Shown here: one piece after another, positions 8,001 through 17,814 of the stretch | Numbering within the stretch: the first letter of the stretch is position 1 | Layout: every line of letters starts with the position of its first letter | Virus record (IMG/VR): IMGVR_UViG_3300017917_004503 | Location: 64,001 to 128,000 of that record | Length of the DNA stretch: 64,000 nt | Source: a virus | Direction: 5' to 3' (one strand) | Program-made: the position numbers and the translations under genes | Notes under the pieces: model-generated | Seen by the model: only the letters and a program-made list of their open reading frames with translations | Told to the model about the DNA's origin: nothing | Databases searched by the model: none

Positions 8001-9719
8001 ATGAAATTGATTAACGAAAATGAAATCTATGAAACCTGGTCTCCGATTATCGAGAGCAAAGCAGGTATCACAGACGAAAGCAAAAAAGGGTGGTTGACTA
8101 AATACTGTCACTACCACTCATTAAACGAATCTGCCGGTGCATACAACTCTTTAGGTGTTGTTAACGGTATGGGTACTGTAGCTCCTCCAGCTTTCCCTGG
8201 TGCTGCTTATCCTGGTGGTTCGTATTCAACTGGCGCAAACGCTGGTTTCTATAACAACACTTGGCAAGGTTCAGGTGACAAATTCCCTTCACTTCTTCCT
8301 TTAGCTATTCAGGTAGCTGCGAAGACTATAGGTTTTGATATTGTCCCTGTTATTCCTTTATCAGGTCCAACCGGTATCTTATCTTATTTAGATTATGTGT
8401 ATGCTGGTGGTAAAATCAGTGCTGCTGCTGCATCTTCTGCTGCTGATCAGTTAGCTACTGCTCCTTCAATGATTAAATTCCCAGTTTATCAAACTGCTTC
8501 AGGCGCTGCTGGTACTACCGGTGCTACTGCTGGAACTTTCACTGTTGGTGCTACTGCATCTATTAGCTCAACTCTTCTTTTAACCTTCGTAGGTTTATCA
8601 AGAATTGACGGATTCCCTATCTTCGAAATTACTGGTCTTGCTTCAGGATCTAACGTTGCTTCTTATTTCAACGGAACTCCTGCTCAAATCGTAACTGGTT
8701 CTGGCGGATCTGGATTCTACACAGCTAACACTTCTGGTACAGCTCAGTTAGTAAAAGCTTTAGAAGATCACATCCAAGGTTTCTCTGGTGCTGGTTTCAA
8801 CGATACAAACGATTGGCAAGGTCCTTATGTTGATGGTACTAAGACTTACAATCCAATGTTAAGAGGAGTAGCTGAATCTACCTACTACAACTCAATGGGT
8901 CTTTCGACTTTCACTAAGTTCGTAGAAGCTGAAACTTTCCAAGTTGCTGCTTCAGTTACAACTGAGCAAATCCAAGACTTAAACAAGCAGTTCGGTATCG
9001 ATGTTATCTCAATGATCGAGAACGCACTTGTTAACGAGGTTTCTCAAGCTATCAATAAGCACATTCTTTCAAGAGCTTTTGCTTTAGGATGGTCTAACCA
9101 CACTCAATTCTTCGCAGTTGAAAATCAAAACCTTAACCTTAACTTAGTTATTGGTGGTGGTTCTGGAACTACTGCTGCTTACGTGAAGAAGGACGACACA
9201 ACTGGAACAATGCCTATCCCTACAGGTCCTGCATCAGGAGGATATGAGAACTTATCAACTTTACAAAGAAGATTATTCTCAAGAATTCTTGCAGCTGCTA
9301 ACGTGGTAGCTAACAGAGGTAGAAGAGGTCCTGCTAACTTCATCGTTACAAACGCTGCGGTTGCAAGTGCACTTCAAGACATCTCTCAGTTCACTTTCGC
9401 TCCATTCTCTAATACTTTAACTCAAAACAACGGTACTTTATACCCTGTAGGTTCACTTGCTGGTATGACAGTTTACGTAGATCAGAATATGAGATACGAT
9501 GATACCAGAGTTTGCGTTGGTAGAAAAGGTGGAGATGATGAGCCAGGATTAAAATTCATGCCTTACATGATGGCTGAATCAATCCAGACCATCTCAGAAG
9601 GTACTATGTCACCTAAGATCGCAGTTAAGTCTAGATACGCTCTAGTAGAAGCTGGTTTCTTACCAGAAACTATGTACTTAACATTCTATGTGAACGTGCC
9701 AGTTGGCGGATTAGCTTAA
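8001..9719 (+). CDS. Major capsid protein (T4 gp23-like)
   Basis: W.P+, LNES processing site, VPVIPLSGPTG, TEQIQDLNKQFGID, EVSQAINKHIL, RRGPANFIV, VGSLAGMTVYVD, FMPY, PKIAVKSRYAL; codon usage suggests high expression; strong terminator follows. Confidence 0.93.
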   Translation: MKLINENEIYETWSPIIESKAGITDESKKGWLTKYCHYHSLNESAGAYNSLGVVNGMGTVAPPAFPGAAYPGGSYSTGANAGFYNNTWQGSGDKFPSLLPLAIQVAAKTIGFDIVPVIPLSGPTGILSYLDYVYAGGKISAAAASSAADQLATAPSMIKFPVYQTASGAAGTTGATAGTFTVGATASISSTLLLTFVGLSRIDGFPIFEITGLASGSNVASYFNGTPAQIVTGSGGSGFYTANTSGTAQLVKALEDHIQGFSGAGFNDTNDWQGPYVDGTKTYNPMLRGVAESTYYNSMGLSTFTKFVEAETFQVAASVTTEQIQDLNKQFGIDVISMIENALVNEVSQAINKHILSRAFALGWSNHTQFFAVENQNLNLNLVIGGGSGTTAAYVKKDDTTGTMPIPTGPASGGYENLSTLQRRLFSRILAAANVVANRGRRGPANFIVTNAAVASALQDISQFTFAPFSNTLTQNNGTLYPVGSLAGMTVYVDQNMRYDDTRVCVGRKGGDDEPGLKFMPYMMAESIQTISEGTMSPKIAVKSRYALVEAGFLPETMYLTFYVNVPVGGLA

Positions 9720-9738
9720 TCGCTTTTCTTCATAATAT

Positions 9739-9770
9739 AAAACCCCAGGCCTTAAAACCTGGGGTTTTTT
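9739..9770 (+). terminator. Rho-independent terminator after the capsid gene
   Basis: AAAACCCCAGG-loop-CCTGGGGTTTTTT. Confidence 0.9.
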
Positions 9771-9844
9771 GTTTCTTGTCACCTAGGCTCTTTGGGAACT
9801 AATAATAATTGGGATATATAGATAACAAAAATGAATTGTTTCCG

Positions 9845-10990
9845 ATGAAAAATTTACCATCATTTAAAGACTTTAGTAATTACTCCTCCCTTCTTGAAAC
9901 TGCATCAGCAGAGGAAATTAGACTACTTAATGAGTTAGAAACCTCTGATCCTAATCATACACTCAATGAAGGAAAAATTTTAGATACCGTAAAGAATGAA
10001 TTGTCTAAATTTTTTCTTGGTAAATATTCTAAACTAAGCGTAATAGATAAAGCTAGAAAAGTTTTAGTCGATCTGGAAATTGATCTTATTGAGAAAAAAT
10101 ATGAATTTGAAGAATCTATTTCTAATATAGATTCTCAAATAGATTCGATTGGTAGCTCTGGTGATAAACAGAGATTGATTGCACTCAGAAAAGATAGAGA
10201 TAATAAGATTAAGGAATTTGAAAAATATGAGGAGTCTTCTAAACTAAAGATGAAAAAAGCCATCGAAGTAATTAGAGAAATGATCGAAGGTGATTCAAGA
10301 AAAAGAAAGTATTATGAAGCCGGAAGATCCGAAGATGAAATTGGATTAGCTGAATTGAAGTACAAATTCGCAAAAGAAAAATCTGATGATAAGGAAATCA
10401 AAAAATACGAAGAAGCAATTAGAAAGGCTAAAGAAGAAGCTGAAGCTAAAGCAGATGTCCTGAAATCTGAGATCGAAACTAAAGAAAAAGATAGCGAGCC
10501 TGAAGCATCTAATCAGGTTCAAGTTGTTAAAATTGATCCTGAAAAAGAAAAGAAAAAAATATCTAGCAGAAGAGGTAAGGACATCATTGAAAGAAAAAGA
10601 CAACTTGAAAATTCCATAGTAGATTTAAAAGCTGATATGGAAAGAATTCTGACCCAAATGGAGAAACATATAAAGTCAGGTAAGAAAATTTCTAGATCGT
10701 ATATCAACAACAAGAAGATTCAACTTCTTTCTATGGCATCTTCAATCGATTCTCAGACCAATTTACTTAAAATCCTTAGAGACTTAGGAAAAAGTGAAAA
10801 TGAGATAACGAAGAAACTTTCTAAAGAACAGGAATTTACCAAATTGGCTAATCTTATAAATCAAGGCATTGCCGAGGGCGAAGATGCCAAATCTGGTTTA
10901 AAGAAAGTCGTTTCTTCCATCTTTGTTGGTCCAGAGGGAACGATAAACACTGAAAAGGTTAAACAAGCTAAAGAAAAATTGAATAAATAA
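9845..10990 (+). CDS. Coiled-coil putative internal head protein (paralogue of 10992..11909)
   Basis: Start moved to ATG 9845 because the track's TTG 9809 overlaps GATATATA at 9813-9820; leader MKNLPSFKDF with LLE/LNE sites; highly charged and helical. Confidence 0.65.
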   Translation: MKNLPSFKDFSNYSSLLETASAEEIRLLNELETSDPNHTLNEGKILDTVKNELSKFFLGKYSKLSVIDKARKVLVDLEIDLIEKKYEFEESISNIDSQIDSIGSSGDKQRLIALRKDRDNKIKEFEKYEESSKLKMKKAIEVIREMIEGDSRKRKYYEAGRSEDEIGLAELKYKFAKEKSDDKEIKKYEEAIRKAKEEAEAKADVLKSEIETKEKDSEPEASNQVQVVKIDPEKEKKKISSRRGKDIIERKRQLENSIVDLKADMERILTQMEKHIKSGKKISRSYINNKKIQLLSMASSIDSQTNLLKILRDLGKSENEITKKLSKEQEFTKLANLINQGIAEGEDAKSGLKKVVSSIFVGPEGTINTEKVKQAKEKLNK

Positions 10991-10991
10991 T

Positions 10992-11909
10992 ATGACTCTG
11001 AATTTTACAGAATGGGAAAGGCTTAATGAAGCTAGTGTTTTAGATAAACTCAAAAATTTCTTGAGTGGAGCTTTTGGTGGTTCGATTTCTAAATTGGATA
11101 ACCTTGGCGAGGAATATAGATCTGCAGAAATGGATTATGTTGATGAGTGGGAGAAAATCCAAGAGGAAATTGATAAACTAGAATTACAAAGATCCCAAAC
11201 CAAAGCTGATCCTGCAGAACTCAAAAAGATCGATAGATTAATCGTTAGAAACAATCAACTTCTTAGTTCTCAGTCAAAGGCACACGAAAAGAAGACTGAT
11301 GAAATCTTTTTAAAAGTTAAAAAGATAATCACTGAAAACAAAAGACTTAGAACTTATTGGGAAAGAATAAAGACTAAAATAGATTCTGAGGTTAGCCAAG
11401 ACATGTATGAGAAAGCCAAAAAGCTATCTGATTCTTCTTTAGCTGATTCATTGTATACCAAATATAAAGATGCTGTACTAAAGGCTAAACAAAAGGATGA
11501 AGAATTTAGAGAGAAGTATGGCAATTTGATGACTCGAGAAATTCAGGCTGGTCCAAAGTCATCAAAGTTTAAAGATGATGAAATTGATTCCGAAATTGAT
11601 GGCGAGTCTTCAGAAACTTCCTTTTCATATCTTTCCAAATTACCTGTTTCAGATTTTTCTAAAGCTGTTAAAAATCTTGAGCAAAAGGATGCTAAAAGCT
11701 TATTGTCTTATTTAATTAAGCAAAGGAATGAAAGATATGTCGCAATGGATTTAGAAAGAGATGCACTTAACAAATTTGTTTCTAGTGCTTCTAATAAGGA
11801 TAAGGCTAGAGATTTAGCTTCAGATAAAATTAAGGACATCAGATCTAGATATATGTCAGAAATTCGTGATTTAAGATCTAAAATAACTTTAACTAGAAAA
11901 TATGCTTAA
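10992..11909 (+). CDS. Coiled-coil putative internal head protein
   Basis: MTLNFTEWERLNEA leader; aligns by eye with 9845..10990. Confidence 0.65.
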   Translation: MTLNFTEWERLNEASVLDKLKNFLSGAFGGSISKLDNLGEEYRSAEMDYVDEWEKIQEEIDKLELQRSQTKADPAELKKIDRLIVRNNQLLSSQSKAHEKKTDEIFLKVKKIITENKRLRTYWERIKTKIDSEVSQDMYEKAKKLSDSSLADSLYTKYKDAVLKAKQKDEEFREKYGNLMTREIQAGPKSSKFKDDEIDSEIDGESSETSFSYLSKLPVSDFSKAVKNLEQKDAKSLLSYLIKQRNERYVAMDLERDALNKFVSSASNKDKARDLASDKIKDIRSRYMSEIRDLRSKITLTRKYA

Positions 11910-12153
11910 TTTCGAAGAATTTAGGTTAAGTGAGGCAGAAACCAAATTAACCACTATACAGAAAATCAAGACTCAGATTTCAGAGAAGTTTGATGCGATC
12001 AACAACGCTAAAAAAACTAAAAAACCGGGAGATATGAATTCCGAGGTTAATAGTATAATTGCTCAATCTACTTTATACTCAGAGATTTCTGCAATGATGA
12101 AAACTTTGGCGGCGGAGATTAAAGCCAGTGGTAAAAGTGAAAATATATATTAA
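11902..12153 (+). CDS. Small putative internal head protein
   Basis: MLNFEEFRLSEA leader; overlaps the previous stop codon. Confidence 0.6.
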   Translation: MLNFEEFRLSEAETKLTTIQKIKTQISEKFDAINNAKKTKKPGDMNSEVNSIIAQSTLYSEISAMMKTLAAEIKASGKSENIY

Positions 12154-12155
12154 GT

Positions 12156-14636
12156 ATGAATAAGAACCCTTATATCAATAATCCTGTAGCTAATAGTTTT
12201 CTACAGGAATATTATGACAAGATTTTCGAAAACGAGAATGTCGATGAACTTTTGGTTAAAATTGCAGATAATTCTTTAAACGCTTTTAAAATTATAACTT
12301 TCGATTTAGCTCCTAAGAGAGATAGAAATCCTGATGTTATTAGAGTAAAATTATCTGATGTTGCTAATTCTAAAAATGTAAAGGAACTTACTTCTAAACT
12401 TTTAGATTATGCTGACGATAATGATTTGGTTAATTCTAAATTCTACGAGTCTAAAAAGCTCTATTTGGATGCTCTGAAGAAATTCTGTGAAGCTTTAAAT
12501 AGAACATCAGAAATATCTAAATCTAAAGACGAGGTTTCAATAAAGCAATTTAAGTTAGCTGCAAGCAAACTTATGAACTCTATCGATAACATCGCTAAGC
12601 AAGCAGCAGAGGAAGAGAAAAAAGCTAATGAAAATCTGGATCTTTATTATTTCGAAGATCATTTAAATGAATCTATTTTTACTGGATATAAAGATAGACT
12701 CAAGGATTTAAAGAAGCTTCTCACCAATCTCAAAACTTCTGCAGAAGGAAAGGATCAGAAAAATGGATATGGTAAAGACTGGAAGATGGTTTTTGTCGAA
12801 TTGGATGAAAAAAGAAAAACCCTGGATGTAAATGAGGGCGGTGAAAAAAATCGTAAGCTTTTAGAGGAATTAGAAAAACAGGTTGCTAAATTCCAAGCGG
12901 AATTCAACGATTCTTTAATTAAAGCTGCTAACAGATCTTTACAGAAACTTGAAGCCGATGAGGAAATATACACAACATATTCGGATGTTACTGATCTTGT
13001 TGGTCAGGCCATTGAATTGTTAACTAGAGCAAAGACTCAATATTTAATGGCGGTGAAAGATATCAAAGATGAGAATGAGGTTAAGGAAATAGAGATTTCT
13101 AAAACTCTTTTTCCTTTGAAAAGAGGTGATACAGATTCTGACAAAAAGATGAAAAATAGTGGATTGATATTCGCTATTCAAAAATCTTTTGTCGATGGCA
13201 TACCATCAGCAGGAAAGCTTTTAAAATCTAAAGGTGGACCTAATGGTAAATATGGTCCGGCTACAACGTCTATCGTGGCAACAATCCAGAAGATAACAGG
13301 AAATAAAAACCAGAACGGTGAACTTGATAGAACCCTTTTAGGCGATATAATTTCTTCTGATTGGGTTTCTGGTGAAAACAAAAAGAAAATTCAAACTGCA
13401 TTAGAGATCATAAAATCTAAGACGAATGAAAACTATAATTATTTGTCATATGAGAAAATTTTCGAAGGGAAGATCCAAATTAATCAATCTGAATTTGAAT
13501 CTGAGTTAGCGAAAAAATTCGATGAAGTGAAAAGCATGTCTGTTGATAGAGCAAAGGGTGAAGATGTCAGTCATAAACCTGGATCCGCATCGGGTGTAGG
13601 TAAATTGGCAAAAAAACTTAGGGAACTCTATAGTATTAAAATAGAGGAAGATGCTTTTGTGAAATCCGATGGAACTTTAAAATCCTCTTATTCAACACAA
13701 TTTATAAAAGATTGGAATTCAGCTTTAGAAAAAGTTGAAAACGAAGAACCTAAGAATTTCGCATATTTCTTTGCTGATGGTGGAGTTTATAACATAAATC
13801 TAGCATCAACTTCTCTTAAAAATGCTTGCAACTGGTCTAAGTGGACAGATTTCAGAAAGATAAAGGATTTAAATGACGAGGATGCGATCGACTTCTTAAC
13901 CAACTATCTTAAAGGTTGGACTACTTTCGGTATGGTAAGACCTGGCTACAGATACGATGGTATTAAAACTCTTACTAAACAAAATTCAGATAACGATTCT
14001 TTAGATCTTTCTGGTCCTTATGAGATGATGGAAACATCGATTAAAAACAAAGAGATTCCTTTCATTGATTATGAAACCCTCAAAGGAGACATTGCTAAAG
14101 CTTTTAAAATTGTTTTACAAAAGGAAGAAAAATCTCCAGACTTGGGTAAGGAAGAATTTGTTGCTTTGAATAACTTTTTAATCATGATTGCTAATTGCGT
14201 TAGCTTTAACGGTGAAAAATTCATAAGCTGTGTGAAATGGATTGATGAAAACGTGATCGGAGAATCTACAGCCAAAAGGATAATCAAAGATCAAATAATC
14301 GGAATCGATAGAGACGATTCTGATACGGGACGTTTATTAGGTTACGAGTCTTCTAGAATTATAGTTGGCAAGTTTTCTGAAATAGCTAAAAAGCAAACCT
14401 CAACCAAAAGGAAGAAACAAATGTCTCAATCACTTACTTCACTTAATACTCTAGCTGGAATGAAAGTTGGTGATAGAGAAGCTATAGGAATAAGGGACGT
14501 TTTAGCCGATACCTGCTATTATATAGCTGCAGACATCTATCCCAGCATAGAAACCCATATAAAACGTATGAATTCTAAGTCTTTTGATCAAATACCCCAA
14601 CAAACACCTAATAAATGTGTTAATGTTTCTAAATAA
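12156..14636 (+). CDS. Large helical protein with central peptidoglycan-binding-like domain
   Basis: PLKRGD...IFAIQ...NGKYGPATTSIVATIQK...NGELDRTL resembles PG_binding_1; IFE/LNE sites. Confidence 0.6.
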   Translation: MNKNPYINNPVANSFLQEYYDKIFENENVDELLVKIADNSLNAFKIITFDLAPKRDRNPDVIRVKLSDVANSKNVKELTSKLLDYADDNDLVNSKFYESKKLYLDALKKFCEALNRTSEISKSKDEVSIKQFKLAASKLMNSIDNIAKQAAEEEKKANENLDLYYFEDHLNESIFTGYKDRLKDLKKLLTNLKTSAEGKDQKNGYGKDWKMVFVELDEKRKTLDVNEGGEKNRKLLEELEKQVAKFQAEFNDSLIKAANRSLQKLEADEEIYTTYSDVTDLVGQAIELLTRAKTQYLMAVKDIKDENEVKEIEISKTLFPLKRGDTDSDKKMKNSGLIFAIQKSFVDGIPSAGKLLKSKGGPNGKYGPATTSIVATIQKITGNKNQNGELDRTLLGDIISSDWVSGENKKKIQTALEIIKSKTNENYNYLSYEKIFEGKIQINQSEFESELAKKFDEVKSMSVDRAKGEDVSHKPGSASGVGKLAKKLRELYSIKIEEDAFVKSDGTLKSSYSTQFIKDWNSALEKVENEEPKNFAYFFADGGVYNINLASTSLKNACNWSKWTDFRKIKDLNDEDAIDFLTNYLKGWTTFGMVRPGYRYDGIKTLTKQNSDNDSLDLSGPYEMMETSIKNKEIPFIDYETLKGDIAKAFKIVLQKEEKSPDLGKEEFVALNNFLIMIANCVSFNGEKFISCVKWIDENVIGESTAKRIIKDQIIGIDRDDSDTGRLLGYESSRIIVGKFSEIAKKQTSTKRKKQMSQSLTSLNTLAGMKVGDREAIGIRDVLADTCYYIAADIYPSIETHIKRMNSKSFDQIPQQTPNKCVNVSK

Positions 14637-14667
14637 GGAATGATTTTAAAATCATTCCTTTTTTTTT
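14635..14667 (+). terminator. Rho-independent terminator
   Basis: AAGGAATGATTTTAAAATCATTCCTT palindrome followed by a T run. Confidence 0.8.
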
Positions 14668-14712
14668 ATATTTGACCCTGGAAACAATCTAATTTGATTC
14701 CATATAAAAAAT

Positions 14713-15282
14713 ATGGTTTACGTTTTTGAGGGTCCACGAAATAGTGGTAAAACCTTTTTATCCAATTACATTTCTCAAAAAACCCATATTGAGAGGTTTC
14801 AATTTGCTTTTGTTGACTATTTTAAAAGATTGGGTTTGGAGAGTCAAGACAGTAAAGAGGCCCACGCTTTTTCTATGGGAAAGGAATTAATGCTTATGCA
14901 ACTTTTCAAGGATGTGCAGTTTAAGAAGGATCTAATCCATGATCGGGGAATACTTACTGTTTTATCATGGGGTATTATGGAAAATAGGATAACCGAGCAG
15001 GAAATGGAACGCCAGGTAAAAATGCTAAGTGATCTGGATCTCATGAAAAACATCAAAGTTTTTTTCGTTACAGGAGAAAATCCCAATAAAGAAAATAGAA
15101 ATAAAGACGATTGGGATAGAATCGATGGTGATTCCAGAGAATTGGAATGTTATGAGAAAGTTATAAAAAAATTCGAGGAATATGATATTTGTAAAATCTA
15201 TCGTTTTACCAATAATTACGACGATCAGACGTTAGTCTCTTCCTTTGAATTTTTCGAAAAATTAACTCAAGACTTAATTTAA
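14713..15282 (+). CDS. P-loop nucleotide kinase (thymidylate/deoxynucleoside kinase-like)
   Basis: VFEGPRNSGKT Walker A; LIHDRG motif. Confidence 0.75.
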   Translation: MVYVFEGPRNSGKTFLSNYISQKTHIERFQFAFVDYFKRLGLESQDSKEAHAFSMGKELMLMQLFKDVQFKKDLIHDRGILTVLSWGIMENRITEQEMERQVKMLSDLDLMKNIKVFFVTGENPNKENRNKDDWDRIDGDSRELECYEKVIKKFEEYDICKIYRFTNNYDDQTLVSSFEFFEKLTQDLI

Positions 15283-15287
15283 ATAAT

Positions 15288-16697
15288 ATGTGCGGAATAT
15301 TACTGACGACAAGGGCGCAAAAGAATAAAAATATACTCGATTCCATAAAGCACAGAGGAATTGAAAGAAGTGATCTTGAATTAGATCAGGTTACATTATG
15401 TCATCATAGACTTCCTATCCAAACCTTAGATGGAGATGAATGGGCACAGCCTCGAGAACTGAGTCCTGGAATTTATATGATGTTTAACGGTGAGATCTTC
15501 AATTACGATAAAAATAGATTTAGTTCAGATACCGAATATCTTTGTAGCTTGTTTTCTAACCTTAATGGAATTAACATTGAGTTTTTCGCTGCTATTTATC
15601 AATCACACATCCAGACATGGGATGGGTTTTGGGCTATAGTTTTCTATGATTCTAGAAACGGTGACATACTTGCCTTTACTGATCCTTTAGGTAAAAAATG
15701 TTTGTATAAAAATGATCTTGGTGAGATCTGTTCCGAAATTAAAGGATTGAGAGGTCCACTAGATGAAATTGATGAAATTTATATTAGCTCTGTTAGAAAA
15801 TGGGGATACAATAAAGATAACAGAACTCCCTTTAAAAACATCAAAAGGCTCCTACCTAATACCTTTCATTTTTATAATATAGCATCACCACACTTTATAA
15901 AAAATTATGGTCCATATTACAGGACTTGGGAATCCCCTATTAGAGAATTACAGGGTGCTTCATACGAAGACCATATGAATTGGTTATGGGATAAAATGTT
16001 CGAAAGTGTAGGGAATAGACTAGTTTCTAAAAATTATCCAATTTCTCTTCTTGTGTCTGGAGGCTTGGATTCTTCGATTATAGCTGCTATACTTAAACAA
16101 ATGGAAGCACAGGTCACCTGGTTTTCTATTGAGAATGGTGAAACCCCATTTGTTACCGATTTAGGAGCTCATTTAGACACCCAAATAAATTTTCTAGAGT
16201 ATGATATGGATTCTAGTAAAAATGCTCTTATATACACACTATGGAACGAAACACCGGTTGATCTTGGCTCCGTTGTACCTCAGTATCATTTATTCGAGGC
16301 AGTAAAAAAGAAATCTGGATATAGAATAGTCCTCAGTGGGGACGGATCTGATGAATTGTTTGGTGGATACTCGAGGATACATGAATATGATTCTCAGCAA
16401 TCTGATATATTCGAAGAACTTACATTTTACCATTTACCCAGACTTGACAAGATGTCTATGGCTCACACCTTGGAATTGAGAAACCCTTTCTTGAATCTAG
16501 AAATTGTTAGATTTTCCATGCACCTCCCTCTTGAATGGAGAACAGACAAAAAAATTCTTAAAGATACGTTTGGTCCTCTTTTGCCGGATTCTATAATTAA
16601 TAGAAAAAAAGAAGCCCTTAAAAATCCAGAGATAAAGGATGACAAGTTAAAATATAGACAAAAAGCTGTTGATCTTTTTCTTTCATCACTATCTTGA
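15288..16697 (+). CDS. asnB: Asparagine synthetase B-like glutamine amidotransferase
   Basis: MCGI (catalytic Cys), HHRL, FNGEIFNY, SGGLDSS, SGDGSDELFGGY, DKMSMAHTLELRNPFL. Confidence 0.88.
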   Translation: MCGILLTTRAQKNKNILDSIKHRGIERSDLELDQVTLCHHRLPIQTLDGDEWAQPRELSPGIYMMFNGEIFNYDKNRFSSDTEYLCSLFSNLNGINIEFFAAIYQSHIQTWDGFWAIVFYDSRNGDILAFTDPLGKKCLYKNDLGEICSEIKGLRGPLDEIDEIYISSVRKWGYNKDNRTPFKNIKRLLPNTFHFYNIASPHFIKNYGPYYRTWESPIRELQGASYEDHMNWLWDKMFESVGNRLVSKNYPISLLVSGGLDSSIIAAILKQMEAQVTWFSIENGETPFVTDLGAHLDTQINFLEYDMDSSKNALIYTLWNETPVDLGSVVPQYHLFEAVKKKSGYRIVLSGDGSDELFGGYSRIHEYDSQQSDIFEELTFYHLPRLDKMSMAHTLELRNPFLNLEIVRFSMHLPLEWRTDKKILKDTFGPLLPDSIINRKKEALKNPEIKDDKLKYRQKAVDLFLSSLS

Positions 16698-16746
16698 TAA
16701 TAAGATGTAAACTAGGATTTGGATATATAAAAGAAAAATTTATTCG

Positions 16747-17415
16747 ATGACTAGAATTATAAAAGATCTGGGTTCATTTACAGAAAGTGAAAAAATTAAC
16801 GAAGATTTTAGTTGGGGTAATCTAATATCAGGTGCATTGGATTTAGGTGGTGAAGGACTGAGAAAAACCATTAAAGAGAAAATAGCTGCTTCGATAATGG
16901 AAAAGTTTGGAATTTTAGATAATTCGATCTTTTCTGGATTGATCCAAGAAGTCGTAGATGCTATACCCGTTAAAGATTATCCTGGTATCATCATGGGTGA
17001 AAAAGCAAACGTAGACTATCTTGCACCTTTTATGGTTCAGGCAATAGGAGAATTTGTCGAAAGAAAAGGCTTAGACACTTTTGCAGAATCACTTGGATTA
17101 GATCCTAGAGGATGGCTTTATAGCACGATAGCTAACAGTCTTCAAACTGAAAGAGGGAAAGAAACTCTAAAAAATCTTTTTGTCGAAGCTTTCGGTGGTA
17201 AAGGAGCCCAAGGATCTGTAGCTAGAGATGCTATATCAGGTTTACCACAAAGAGATAAAGTTAAAATTTCTGATAGTGTCAAGAAAAAACTTTCCACATT
17301 ATACGGCAAACCCGTTGACATGGAGCCTAAAAAAGATGATAAAGGTGTAGGTGACTATATTTCAGACTTTTGGCATTCTTTATTAGGTGACAAAGAACCT
17401 AAAAAAACATTTTAA
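16747..17415 (+). CDS. Putative internal head protein
   Basis: GATATATA at 16722; leader MTRIIKDLGSFTESEKINE. Confidence 0.55.
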   Translation: MTRIIKDLGSFTESEKINEDFSWGNLISGALDLGGEGLRKTIKEKIAASIMEKFGILDNSIFSGLIQEVVDAIPVKDYPGIIMGEKANVDYLAPFMVQAIGEFVERKGLDTFAESLGLDPRGWLYSTIANSLQTERGKETLKNLFVEAFGGKGAQGSVARDAISGLPQRDKVKISDSVKKKLSTLYGKPVDMEPKKDDKGVGDYISDFWHSLLGDKEPKKTF

Positions 17416-17418
17416 ATT

Positions 17419-17763
17419 ATGAACATAAATAACGTTGCTCAAAGAGAAATCTTAGATTTCAATAATTTCAGAAAGAAGGTACATGACGATACCTATAAGC
17501 CATTATCACCTTCGAACCAATCAGAGGGAGGATTGGAAAAATCTGGATTGCATGATATAAAAAGAGAACCTGCTTATGATTATGCAGGGTATGCTGATTC
17601 TGTTTTTGCTGGTAAATCTAAGATTGATGTACCAGGAGTTAGAATTAAAATGGGAGAAGAATCTGGTTTGTCTGATTCAACCGGATTTGGAACGTCTTTT
17701 AACATGAATACTAGTGAATCTGATCAGAGTTCTTCTGTTCTAAAAAGACTATCAGATTTTTAA
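17419..17763 (+). CDS. Hypothetical protein
   Basis: 114-aa ORF; ILDFNNF near the N-terminus and LKRLSDF at the C-terminus. Confidence 0.55.
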   Translation: MNINNVAQREILDFNNFRKKVHDDTYKPLSPSNQSEGGLEKSGLHDIKREPAYDYAGYADSVFAGKSKIDVPGVRIKMGEESGLSDSTGFGTSFNMNTSESDQSSSVLKRLSDF

Positions 17764-17780
17764 ACGTTTCATGAAATATT

Positions 17781-17814
17781 AAAAAAAAAGCCAATTCTAG
17801 AATTGGCTTTTTTT
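17781..17814. terminator. Bidirectional terminator between convergent genes
   Basis: A-run GCCAATTCTAGAATTGGC T-run. Confidence 0.85.
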
